A stretch of 63,640 bases of DNA, the filler included, from Collodictyon triciliatum (taxonomy: Eukaryota), in the NCBI GenBank assembly GCA_043381765.1. It is 5 parts of 5 records of this genome, joined end to end, with 100 filler letters (N's around TTAATTAATTAA, not from the genome) between each part and the next. Parts side by side here need not be neighbours in the genome. Positions count along the whole stretch, not along the records: positions 21,150 to 44,262 come from JBHJMP010000506.1; 4 more parts are not named here. The stretch is one strand, 5' to 3'. This document shows, piece by piece, positions 24,971 to 39,500 of the stretch (position 1 is the stretch's first letter; each line of letters begins with the position of its first letter). The notes below the pieces were generated by a model. The model was not told where the DNA came from, did not search any database, and was given only the letters and a program-made list of their open reading frames with translations. The position numbers were made by a program, and so were the translations under genes.

Positions 24971-25346
24971 ATGCCAAGCAAAGCCCCTGTCCGCCTCGTC
25001 GCCGCTCTTGCAGTGGCCCTTGTCTGTGTAGTTGGCTGGGCGAAGGCTTCAGTCCAGCCGCGGCAGACAGTCTATGTCCATCCTGATCCGCCCCATGACG
25101 AAGGGCGCACATATCCGTGGAACGCGGTCTATGTGGCTGGGCTTTTCGAGATATACAACTTCTCCGTTTCCTATGATGCAGACTGGGTTTATTTTGACAC
25201 GAGCTTCCTCACAATCACAAATACCTATAACGGAAAATACGGTACATTTTCACGTTTTTAATATCTACTTCTGCGTGGGTATACGATTCAGATAGTCTTG
25301 GGTGGCGCGCTGCCCCTTTCTTTCCTTCACTTTTTTAAACTACTAC

Positions 25347-25445
<99 letters not shown>

Positions 25446-28400
25446 GAAACCATCTATATCCATCTAAATCAGCTAGAATTATTTGTGAGAACTTCTCTAC
25501 TGCATGTTGTCCTCTCTTTGATTCTATAAGATTTCCCTCTCCCCCATTTTTTTTCTCAACAACCACTATACCTACTGGGATAGAGTTCTCTCATCAGATG
25601 TGCCAATTCTTTGTGGATACGGACAGACGTTTCGGTAGTGGAAGTTTTGATTCATGGGGTGCCAAGTATCTCGCCAATGGCTATATCTCACCAGACGCCC
25701 CATATGAGCTCACGATGGTTTTCACTGGTTGGTGGGCCTATCTAACCATCGCCCAGAATGGTGTCATAGACCAGACTACTTCGATGCCTCTCCATCCAAA
25801 GGCATGTCTCCCTCACAAACACAAAGCTCATTTATCAGCATTCCGATTATCTTGCTTAAAACACGCAAGTATAATTATCCGCGTTTGTTGAAAGACTCTT
25901 GAAATAGGCCTTTTACCTTTTCTTTCCCTGTTTGAGCTCATATAGGCGCTGTTCTATTGTTTAAGAGTGACTCTGTTAATATTTTTTTTTTTATGGAAAT
26001 GCAGGTTCTTTACAATACCACCATCAGCCTTCCTGTTAATCGTACATTGGTACTGTTATATTTCCTGATGAACTGAATACCTATTCAGAATCTTCCTTAT
26101 TTTAGCTACTCATTTTATCTCTTAAAAATTGCCTGCTGATAAGATATGATGAATATCACACACTACATTAGTCTTTATGTGCTCACTTTTGTTCTAAAAT
26201 AGATTGGTACACCATCTCTATCATGGGCTTATACAGTTTGGTGTGGGTCTGAAAACTATCAACAATTTCGCCGAATTGACCTAGTCCGCTCAGAATATGC
26301 TTTTGGCGGAGGAAGTGATGGGAGGGAAGATGCAAACGTAAAAATTAAATATGACATTCATGTTAAACAAGCCACCACTGAAAGAATGCCAGGCCTTTCT
26401 TCTCTTCTAACTCTATCTTCTCAACCAGGTTGTTGATTTTTTAGCACCTCCTAATCATGATAAGAAATATACACATGGAATGTATACACTTGGCCTCAAC
26501 ACAGTATTTCCTCCATTCGGATATAACTTGTACACGGATACATTGATTGCCACCCTAGATGATTTCACAGGGTAGATATCCGCAATAATCACCATGCCAT
26601 AGTTTTCTTCAAATGCCATTTATTTTTACACTTAGAAAGTGTACTTATGCCTTCACTTCATTTCTCTGTTTAGATTTTCTTTGTATCTAACACTTATTTC
26701 CATAGAGATATTCGAAAAATTGCATCATCAAAATACCCTCTTCTGACAAATTACATCGATATAAAATCTACAAAGGTATGAGCCATATATTTGAATTAAT
26801 AATAAAGATAGTAAATTAGATGGAGTAAGAAATAAAAAGTAAATTAAAACGGAGACGGAAAATAAAATAATATAAAAGGCCTACAATCTTTGAATCGAAC
26901 AAAGAAAAAAATGAAAGGCCAACAATATTTCTTTCATGATTGTAAAATTTCAAAAGGAAATTTTTAAGAAGGTTAAGTAGACTAGAAGTGTTTATCGAAC
27001 ATAAATGACAGGTGTTTGACAATCCAGGATTTGCTGTTTTTAGAGTCCAGTTAAATGATATGAAAGAAAATTCCAATCTACCGAATAATTTCGAGCATCT
27101 ATTAATCCACATTTACGTTGATACAGACAATGAGTAATTATTTTATTGATAATATTTACGCAAACAATATAGCATTTTATTTTTTCGGTTCATACCCCAT
27201 TTGAATATATTTTGGTTTTACTCATATAATCCTTTCTATTTTCAATCATTTTGTATCTCTTACTTATTGTAAGAATTTGCTTCAAAATATAATTTCTAAA
27301 TAAAACGTCAAAGGTTATTCTCCGGAAATAAGAACTCAATAGGCAATGCTAATTTCCAATTCCAAGATGACAAGTATTCCCAATACGTATCTCACCCTCA
27401 TTTCCTCTGAAATTATCTGATTACGATTGGATTTATATCCATTTTAATGCCAAATAACTACGCCTAATACAATACGACTATCAATATGTTTTCATACATT
27501 TCATCTCTCCAACTATTGTCTCATTCTTTTAAACCAGGGGATGGGAATTTGTCTTGAGTGCAGATGGAGCGAGCTACAATTTGACTAAATTCTCTTCCAA
27601 CGAGAAGATGTCCTCCGAGCCAGTTAAATCTACCCCGTCCATACGTGCAAATAATGGCATCATCGAGGTATTATCCCTTTATTATCTTCAAAATTATGTA
27701 AACTCATATTTTTTTCCTTTATTCGATTCAAAGTGATGTAAACTCATATTTAGATTCATTCTTTCAGAATCTCAAATTCTATTTCCTCCTGTGCCAATCA
27801 AATTATTCATGGAACTATATTTTTCATGTTGACTTTTTTCTTTTTTCTTTTTCTTCAGATGTCTGTGCCAAAGTCCAAGATTTCTGATGTGATGTATAAG
27901 AATGTTGAGAACTGGCGATTCCTTGTCGTGACTGGCTTCACTTCATTCGGTGAATTTCAGCCGCTGTGCATCCAAGTATTTTCATTTCTGAAAAGAAAAA
28001 AAAAACACAAAAAGCCATTTAGCTCTAAAGTCGAATCAACAGCCAAAATTTCACGTTACACAATTCAATAACTTTTACAGGATTGCAACACCCCAGAAGC
28101 TCTGATGAACATTTGCGATATCCAGGACTCCAAGAATATAAAAGATGTCTGTACTTGTTTCCATTTTGGTTTTGGTTAATAAGATTTAATAGAAGGGTGA
28201 CTACATCGATGTTATTCCTATTCTTATTCACTTCCATTAAATCTAATTAAGGAAAAAAATAATCTTTTTCACTTCTTCGTTCAAATACCTCTTGTGCCAT
28301 TTGCATCCTCTGGATGCCTACCATCATATAATGAATATGGATAGCTTAACTAATATTTGATTGATTCAGATATTAGGGCTACCCCCAGTTCTAATGAATG

Positions 28401-29018
28401 CTGTAGTGCTTCCATTCATAGCAAATAACGGAATTGCAACCACAGTCATTTATTCCCAATCAAATCCTCACGACAGTGAACTTGTGACCTACAGCCCATC
28501 CTCATCTCAACTCAACAGAAGTGAATTGGGAACCTACCATATTGTAATATCTCCTCTATTGTAAATTACACACCCGTATACTTGTGTGAAATAATTAGAT
28601 ACACTCTTGTAATTTCTCAGACATGTTAATTATATACTGGGTCAAAATTCATTCTTTCCACCACCATAGGTTTACTTCCAGAGCGCCTATGATGGAGATT
28701 ATATTAGATTTACCTATAAATTGGAAGGCTTCGAGAAAGGTTGCGTTATCCTAAAATTTTTACTTTTTTTTTTTATCTATAGACCTATATAGATGCAGAT
28801 ACTAATAAGTCAAATATACAGGAATGTATGATTACGATCCGCTCATACAGACTTACGTTGATTTGGATGACTCATTCTGGTCCGGTGTATCCGAGACCAT
28901 TGCAAATAGTGGGAGTTCAATTTATCCCTCAAATGCATGGGAATTGTGTATTACCGTCAACCCAATCATAATGGATGTCAAGGTTGGGGTTTTGCAGTTC
29001 TTATACATGCTTTTTTTC

Positions 29019-29116
<98 letters not shown>

Positions 29117-31386
29117 NNNNNNNNNNNNNNNNNNNNNNNNNNNNNNNNNNNNNNNNNNNNNNNNNNNNNNNNNNNNNNNNNNNNNNNNNNNNNNNNNNNN
29201 NNNNNNNNNNNNNNNNTTATCATTATCATTATCATTATCATTATCATTATCATTATCATTATCATTATCATTATCATTATCATTATCATTATCATTATCA
29301 TTATCATTATCATTATTTTGAAAAATGATCATCTTATAGGTTACTATGAATGGAAAAAATCAAACATTCACCCTTACCACATCGATCGAAAACGGACACA
29401 TCGTAGTTTACATTCCTTTTGTACACTTTAAATTGCAAGAAGAATCATCAATCTGGAAATACGGAATTATTGTTGGGACTGATTGTGGTACTTTTTCTTT
29501 GTCAAACATAAAGAATTCATACCTGAGATTCAATTTCATAATGTTTTCAACTTCGACGACTGATAGTGTGGTTCTCATGAATATTATTTTTTATATAAAA
29601 AAATAATGAACCACATGCAAGGCGGCGAGTATTTTTGTGATATTAATGGAGGATTTGAGCCTGGATACTTTACATCGCGATATATTGACATTCACACAAA
29701 TATTATCGATCTTATGATCCCCAAAGGTAATTTTTTCCCCTTTATTTGATCCAAAGATCCCCTACAGGCCATTTAGTTCGTACATTGTTGATTCACATCA
29801 CTGCAGTTATGCCGAATATTTTGATAACCTAAGCTGCATGCTCTTAACCTTTCAGACACAGATTTCAATTATTTTATACAATCGTGGGCAACAAATGGGA
29901 TATTTCCGTTTTACATTCCATTTATCGGTCCCAATTATTCTTACTATGTTCCCAACCTAGTCATATATGTTTGTATTAGTTTAACAATACAATTATAAAT
30001 AAGTATGTTCGTACCTTTAAACTGTTCACATGCTCAATTTGTATTTTTTTGTTCGAATTTTATGTTTTATTGCATAAAACTGATAAATTAATTAACAGGA
30101 TTCTATCGATGACGAACTTGGAATCTACCCAATAAATCCAATATTTTCATCACAATCAAGTTTGTCATTGTTATGAAAATAAACAATTCATTATGCATTC
30201 ATGAAACACCACACCTTGCCCTACTTATCGACCACAATACAAAGTACACTTTTGTTAATACCGGCAATAATTATACCAAACAAAAGGTATATTTGACATC
30301 GGTGGTATCTCTATGGATTTCTCGAAATCTTTTGTACGCTTCTGTATTCAGATGCACGAATTGAGTTCGTTACGAACCATACAAACACCAATTGGATATC
30401 TCGGCTTGCAAGTCTATATCGATGTAGATCGAGTTTTCAACCAAGGATGTTTTTCTTCGTTGGAAAATGCAAACATTCAGTTTGAGAAAGAGCATGGATG
30501 GGAATTTATGGTATCGATAAGGGGAAATACAGCATACTTGCGTTCGTGTGCCTCATTGGCAAAGGGAATAATTGCTTCATACCCTATTATTGTTGATAGA
30601 AATCGTAACGTAATCGTCCAAATACCAACAAATGTAACTGGAATGCCAACATACAGTTGGACTTACTGTGTTGTGTCCGGAGGGGTAGACAGTATCAAGG
30701 TTGTGGTCTATTGTGCTTTTCAGTTTATAATACCTAGATTTGTTGCACATATGCATTTTATCACGATTTGGACTTATATTGTCCTATGAAATCATGTTAT
30801 TCTTGCTTCATATATCTTTCAATTTTTCAATTAGGGTTTTTTTTTTCTTTCTCTCTTTCTCTCCTTCTCTACAATATCCAGGATAATGGTATGTATCTAG
30901 TGAAGAAAAAAACGGCAACAAATATCTACTTTGGAGGCGGAGACGATACAGGATTCGGTCCAAATATTATTGACATAGCTTTACCGATTCATGCTGACCA
31001 GAGTCTCATTATGAACAGTTACAATGCCATGAAGTATAGCCCATCAGTAGAAATATATTTTTTAATTTGCCTCAATTAAGTGGCCTATATTTTATTGCAT
31101 ATTTCTTACTGCTATTTCAGCACATCCCTATTAGAAGAATATCCCAAATGCATTTGAATAAAACAAGCCAAACTTATAATAATTTTGCAATTACCAACCA
31201 TAAGGCAATCGCTGGCTGTGATTCCACCTTCCGGACGGCACATTTTTTACGGTTCTATCGTGTGGAATCAAATAGATCCTTCTGGTGATGAGCGAGGAAT
31301 TTACCCAAAAATATTATCTGACATGGAAGTATGTACTACATCGCGGTCACATCTTTAACCCCCCCCCCCCCCCCCCCCCCCCCCTT

Positions 31387-31422
<36 letters not shown>

Positions 31423-33488
31423 TGAAAATAAGCCTTTGCAAATATTAACGTTTCTTTATAACTCCTGACCCTTTCTTAATCATGTAGGAAAACAATATAT
31501 TTGATGTGCTAAAATTTTCTATTGGAAAGTCAAATAATGATATCTGGTTGTGGTTACCCATGTCATCTGTCGTGACCAACGGTCCGTATCCACGCACTCA
31601 TTCACATACACTGATTCATATCTATATTGATAAGGATACCGGAACTGCGGGGGGATCTGTAAAGGTCGGGCGCATTAAGATCAAAAGATTTTTTCTTTTT
31701 AGTATCTATTTCATATGTATTATATATAATCTTTCATGAACTGACAAAGGATTATTTTCAGGGTTTACATAACATCAACGTTCAAACCGGTACTTCTTCC
31801 GGATGGGATTATGCAATTGTAATATATCCCGGGGGCTCATCCTTTTATGAATTTAATGAGACCCTTGACAAATACCAGGTTAGAATTGGCCCTTCTCTCT
31901 TTTCTTTTCTTTTTGTTACCTTCAATTGGGAAGCGTAATAATTATTAATTCTTGATGAGTTAGAATATGGACGAAATAATTAAGATGGTAATCGCTTCAC
32001 TGTTTGATAAGTTTTTTTTAATTTGTTTGTATTTGATATTTACTTATTGTTTCTATTTAGTTGTCTGATAACTCTGGAGAAGTTTACGTTGAAGGCAATA
32101 TATTATATTGGCGTAGAAATTGGAATGGAAGTGAATTGGTGTTGAGCTCACATTGGTCTTACATAATCGCATCAGGCAATACATTATATATCTCGTCACC
32201 ATTTTCCTAACCAACGAACAACAATTTTTGGGCAATACACGCATTTGATTTTGGATATAATACTCATGTAATAAGAAATATATTTTTAGGTTACTCACTA
32301 GACAATTCAGAAAGTTTTATGCCATTCTCATCGAGCTCTACGTCAACAACGTTTGGGATATCTGAATATACAGCATTGACTCCAAATATAGTAGATTTGG
32401 TGACGAAACCTAGTCAAAAGCAAGACCAGGTTCTCTATTTACGCATTTATATTATCATTTATATAGAATTGAACATTTAGCCACGTATTACGAATATACA
32501 CACTTACAATTTGACTGTCATCATACTTTTCTTTTCATTCTCAGATATTGTCCTCGTTTATTACATTATCCAATGCACTCGCCGTTGTCCCTTTTATTGG
32601 AGGCTCTACCGTCGAGCCGATTCTATCGTGTAAGGATGCCATTGGGGATGAATACGGAACATACCCGTCAGCAACTATTTTTGGTGGCACACGAGCATAT
32701 GGCCTTCTCGACATTGAGTCGTTTCAAGTCCAGTCTAATTGGACTCACTTGTTGATCGAGATAGGATTCTCCAAGGAGCTCGAAAACCCCTGGAATTTAA
32801 AGCATGGCTTTAGCTTCCCTATCTTCAGCATCTACTGCCACAAGGACGGAAAGGTCACTGATCAATCATTTTTCTCTTTCATTTTAATTCATATATTTTT
32901 TCTATCAAAACCGATACCCTCATGGATTACGGCATTGATGATTCCGAAATGTAATAACAATATGTTTTGCAATATTAGACTGGATTATCAAGCCCGTACG
33001 ATAACGAAGCTGTCAATTTGGAACACTCTTGGATTTGGAGATTTATGGGACATGGAGCTGGAATGAATATACGATACGGAAACAGTACAGTTGCTTCCGT
33101 CTCGAATTTACCAATAGCTGATTCAGCGTCGGTGGGACTTGATTCGTCTAGAAAAATAATCAAGGTTTAATTTGTCACATGATTACCAATATGTTTTCTC
33201 TTTTAATGTTCACTTGAAAGTACCATGTTGATTTAAACATAGTCTCTTTACTTTTCTCTTTTCCTCTCTTTTCCTCTCTCTTCCTCTCTTTTCCTCTCTT
33301 TTCCTCTCTTTTCCTCTCTTTTCCTCTCTTTTCCTCTCTTTTCCTCTCTTTTCCTCTCTTTTCCTCTCTTTTCCTCTCTTTTTCTCTNNNNNNNNNNNNN
33401 NNNNNNNNNNNNNNNNNNNNNNNNNNNNNNNNNNNNNNNNNNNNNNNNNNNNNNNNNNNNNNNNNNNNNNNNNNNNNNNNNNNNNNNT

Positions 33489-33584
<96 letters not shown>

Positions 33585-36324
33585 GTCTAACCATCCGTTA
33601 TTTACCCAAACTAAGCTTAAAAAAATAATAAATGAAATCCTGGTTATCTGACATGGAACAAATTGATAGGTTGCAATCGATCTCGACCAATCTGGCATTC
33701 CAACACCCAGTTGGGAATTCACTGTCATGGTCGGCTTATATGATCCTTTGTCAAGTAAATTCACCACGAGAAATAGAGTGTCATCACAGGTCATTTATAA
33801 TCTTAAATACATAGAAATTATATCTGTACATGGCAAAATGTTTAAATGTGTAAATAAGTTTAAAGAATCATATTTAATAGCTATTTTATCGTACTTTTCT
33901 ATTTTCAGAGATTTATGGGTGGAGGGGACGACGACTTTTACGATCCAAATATTGTTGATGTTCTTATTCCAGAGTATGGTACGCAAAAGTCCGTTGCTTC
34001 CAGGGTACAGTTTTTTCCTAAGATAATTTTTTCTGTGTAATCAGTGAGATAAGTAGCCATACAAAACAAAAAAAAATACACATGCTATATTTGTGAACTA
34101 GGGAAAGTACGATGTCAGTTTACAGCACGCAATCTTGAGTAACTACAATCCAATCGCATTCAAATACGCCACAATACCTGCAATATCGGTCTCGGGATCT
34201 TTCTCATACGATATATGGTATCAGCAAGGTAGCTTAAATGATTCGAAAAATAAATCAGGATTTATCCATTTATGAGTGAATACAATTCACTTTCTTACTG
34301 CGTCAAACATCAACAAGACACCAAAGCACCTGGGAACCAGAAATCGGATTCTTGGATTATTGCTGTTGCTGTCGTCGTACCATCCTTTGTTATATTTGCT
34401 GCTCTATTCTTTTTCTATCATCGACAGCAAAAGAGAGCAAGGATTTCCGATCTTGGGTGGAATGTTAAATATGCTGAACTTAGTTTCATAAACAAAGTTG
34501 GCAGTGGTAGTTTTGGGGAGGTGTGTTTTTTCTATATTGAAAAAGGGGAAACCACTTAAAAAGAATGCACTTAATTCTCATATAAGACTATTTATCATTT
34601 TGATTGATTAATGAAACGAAAGGCAACACGCAGCAAATTTATTACTTCTTTTCCTAACAGAACTTCTCATTGAACAGGTTTATCGTGGAGAGTGGAGAGA
34701 TTCCATCGTTGCCATCAAAACCTTGGCAAGCAAGGATATGTCTAAGATTGCTATCGCTGACTTTCAGAGGGAGATTGCTATCATGTGGTGAGTAACACTT
34801 AATTGGTCAAATTTCTCTACTACATTTGACTTTAACCTTGACGTTGGATGTATACACTTTAATCAATTATGAATGGATATTTACAAAATACAAGATATTT
34901 TCAGTATAAATGTTCTCCTAAATTTCGATATTACTTCGATTTGATTGCATATGCACTATTAAATGATATGAATACATCGTGCAAAATAAGTGAAATGAGA
35001 CACCCATGCCTATGCATGTTTATGGGCGGGTGCGCACACTTGCCCGATCTTTTCATTATATCAGAATTTATGGATAGGTATTATATTAATTTGCCTACCC
35101 TATTACGATGCATCGATAGTTTATTTTATCCAACTCCAATACTGTCTACCATTTATGCTAGATCATAAGCCCTGAAAAACGGACCATAATCCCAATTGGA
35201 AAAAAAAAAAAACTGACCGATTGCTTCAATAGAGGCTCACTATATGACATATTGCATGAGGAGAAGATAGTCATCCCCCAAAATATGAAATATCTATTTG
35301 CAGCTGATATCTCTAAAGGTACTATTCAAAGCCGACATTCCATTTGTAAAATTTGTCACCGTTTGATATTCACATATAAACTCTGTATTCCTTCTCCTGC
35401 GGTGTATATAGGTGTTAGCTTTCTCCACAGCCATGAGCCGCCTGTTATTCACGGAGACCTAAAGAGTTTAAATATTTTGGTACTTTGTGATACACTATTG
35501 ATATATTTACAGCTCCCTGTTGGTTCAAATTTTGAGATGTAAATCGAATAAGTCATAATTAGGGTTGATTGTAGCGCTCTCTTTCCCTTAAGGCATAATT
35601 TTATCTGGATATTCACAGGTTGATCAGAAATGGCAAGTCAAAGTGAGTGATTTCGGACTGTCAAAGATAAAGGGCTCGAAATTGACAGGTTCTTCTGATA
35701 CTGGGTCGATTATGTGGGCTGCTCCGGAGGTCATATTTGTCCCATAAAGCTTGCTTTATATAACATACATGCGTAAGTAGCTTCTTTCTCATTGAGTTGC
35801 ACAATCAATCCATCATCCCCCAGGTTCTCCTTGGCCACCCTGCATCCGAGCGAAGTGACATCTATAGCTTTGGCGTTGTTTTGTGGGAAATATTCAGTGG
35901 TGAAGAACTTTACAACCAAATAGACATAAACTCTCTTGTTTGTAGAGTCATTCAAGGCTATAGGTACTCTTTTGGTTTATTTCGTGAACAATCTTTTTTA
36001 AATTAGATGGTGCTGTATTATACTGCTATGAACCACTATTCTTTTAATACAGGCCACCAATTAGCGAGCTTCTGAAGGAGATTCAGGGAATAGATGAAAT
36101 GATGAGAAAGTGTTGGGATGGTAGACAGGAGGAGAGACCATCCATGTCTACTCTACGAAAACAATTAACAGCCATACAGGTTTCCCTTGGAATCCAAGTT
36201 GGATCTTCGCTGACACCACTTTCACTGAATTCCCAAGGTCTCTGGAATGTTTATTTGAACGGCAACACTTCTTGATTAAGTTCAAGAATGTGATTTTAGC
36301 CTTTCTTTATCTTTTCCCTCCATT

Positions 36325-36377
<53 letters not shown>

Positions 36378-36482
36378 NNNNNNNNNNNNNNNNNNNNNNN
36401 NNNNNNNNNNNNNNNNNNNNNNNNNNNNNNNNNNNNNNNNNNNNNNNNNNNNNNNNNNNNNNNNNNNNNNNNNNNNNATTTT

Positions 36483-36570
<88 letters not shown>

Positions 36571-39500
36571 ATTTTTCTAATCTTTGTTTTTTGACGAAGA
36601 AAACCAATTCTATAAGTAACCATTGGATATCTCTATAGGTTCAGGAAGTGAACCATCTACTACAAAATGCTTCGTGACAATGGAAATATCAAACTCCACT
36701 TTGATATGGGAGCAACACCCAAATGAGATGTATCACGTTAGTATATGATTCGGAACAATGTGTCTCGATAGAAAGGAAGTTAATATCTTCTGAAGTATGT
36801 CTCCTTAACTGCGTATTATAATCTTCAGGCGATTAATATGTACACATCATTGATGAGGTCCACGATTAATAAATTTTCAGGGTTTGTTATCTACAGTCAA
36901 ACTTACATCATATGCCCGCCTATGCCCTTGATTATTATTATTATTATTATTATTAAATTTAGGGTTCTATGATGGCCTAATGAAGAATTATACCAACTTT
37001 TACAGGATAGAAATCAAGGCTGACTCTGATGCATTCACACTACTGTTTCGTAATGTTCAGTCTGCAGCAGAGTGGGCTGTTCACTTTCAGGTTTTTCATC
37101 CAAAGTACCCAACCATATAATTCATAAATATAATCAATTTTTTTCTCTTTGAGAATTCTTTCTGTTTTGAGGATCGAAAGACAGAATTTGATTATATATT
37201 AATTTTCTTGTACGAAAAAAGAACTATCTTTTAGAATATGATGCACAACAAAATACATCATTTTCATGGTTTATTTATAATATCCTAAGATTTCTCTTTA
37301 GTTGTCATTGTTAGATGTGATGTGGCCGAAAAAACTTTTGGAAAATAGCAAGTATTGCTCTATAATCAAGCATGCAGACCAAGAGACTATTATATATGCA
37401 GGTCCAAGAGTCAAGATTGGGTTACATAGCGTAAGTTTCTGATGTCAGTATTTCTAGACTCTTTTTTTAATGAGCTTCGAAAAATTATTATCCTTATGAT
37501 ATAAAATGATGTTTTATCCCTAGGGAGATGCTGAACTACGTGAAAACCCTGCCACTGGTCACATCACTTACGTTGGCCCTGCTGTCAGCAAGTCGAAGCA
37601 TATATGTAACGTAGCTGCACCGGGTCAGATTCTTGTTTCTGATCAGGTATATCTCTCTCTCTCTCTTTTTTTTTTTTAACTTTGGACTAATGCCATGATT
37701 TATTTTTAGGATGGTCGTTTGGCAGTTTTTTTTTTTTATGACTCATTTATCGATTTATGATAGGCCATGGCTATAGCCCAATTTGACCAGAAATTTACTT
37801 CCGAGCATGTAATTCAAGAGATATCCATAATCAGCCGCTATAACACACACACTGATGGGAAATTATATGAGGTTTCATTATATTTTTTTTTGTAAATATG
37901 TCAAGAATGTAAACAAACAATAAAAAAAAAACTAATCTAATCATTATTATTTTTTAGATTTTACACCAACGACTAAAAGAGAGAGCTACACACCCAGAAA
38001 ATATTTCAAATACACATGCTAATATGTCCAATCTAAACCACTCCACGAAAGTAACTTTACATACATGAAATTTCATAACTATATAGAATGGTAGTTCTAT
38101 CTTTTGAATTTATTTGGTAATATGCCAACTTTTGGTAAGGAGGAAAAATCCACAGACGAAATGCCCGCTTTTCATATTGTTTACGAGGATATAGAGATTG
38201 TTCGTATTTTAGGAGCCGGTTCTTTCGGACAAGTGTTGTACGGGAAGTACAAAGATGGAGATGTATATATAATATGACTGCCACCTATTTATGATGCTCA
38301 TTTCTTTTATCCTGTTACATCGCGTATTGATAATTTTGGCTTTATAAAATTGTTGAGATTCAGTGACATAATATGGCATAACAGACCGCATTTATAGACT
38401 TCCTTTATTTTTTCCAATACTTTGCTATTAAGGTTGCTGTGAAGCGTCTACTACGCCAAAAGCTCAATCAAAAGGGAATTGCAGACTTCAGGAGGGAGAT
38501 TCTTGTCATGAAGTTAGTACTTAAGAAGCCTTTTTTTTAATTCTTTTTGTTTCTTCGATGAGCATGAATATGAATGTTTTGACGCTACTGGTAGTCACAC
38601 ATACATCTCTTGTTCGTGCCAATACACAGAGGTCTCGAGCACCCAAACGTATGTAAGATGATTGGTATTTGCACTCAAGCACCCAATCTCTGTATTGTGA
38701 TGGAATTTATGAAATACGGGTCAGTTGAGGTAAGTTCTATACTGTTTAAGTATTATGGTACATGCATCTTCATTACTTTTCAGAAATTAGCCGTGATTAT
38801 TATCAAAATTTTGAAGGTCTTTTATAAATTTCAACAGAAATTAATAGCCCTATGATATGCATATAGTCATTACTAAAGACGAAAGACTTTGCATGGACAA
38901 ACGAACTCAAGGTTCGAATGCTGCGCGATGCCGTGTCGGGGCTGTGCTATCTTCATAATCTGAACCCTCTTATCATACATCGAGATATGAAGTCAGCCAA
39001 TTTACTGGTAGTGTTGCCAAATCCATCCCTTGGTTGATGATTCTGCGCGCTGTGATTGAATTTTGTTGCTTATTGCACACTCACCAAATTCATGTACTAA
39101 AGCAATAATTCAATCTGATAATCAACAAATATTTAGGTAGGAGAAGATTACTTTGTAAAGATATCTGATTTTGGAGTCTCTCGTGTAAAAAATACACACA
39201 ACACAATGACAAAATGTGGAACACCTGCTTGGGCTGCACCAGAGGTATGAGACTATTTCAATCTCTTAATGCACCTACAAAGGATTAAGCTAAGTCAAAT
39301 AAATGATACGCCACCAATATAGTTTGCAATTCAGTAGTATGTATTATATTAATAAAATAAATAAAAACAGATTCTTCGTGGAGAACGATACACAGAAAAG
39401 GTCGATATTTACAGCGTTGGCATTGTAATGTGGGAGATGATGACCAGGAAGTCGCCATATGTCGATTTAAAGCTAAGCAGTGCCGTCATAACTAAGGAAA

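Noticed and set aside
27696-27751. 16 bp direct repeat ATGTAAACTCATATTT within a receptor intron
   Set aside because: Short, AT-rich and only two copies; consistent with a local duplication of no evident function.
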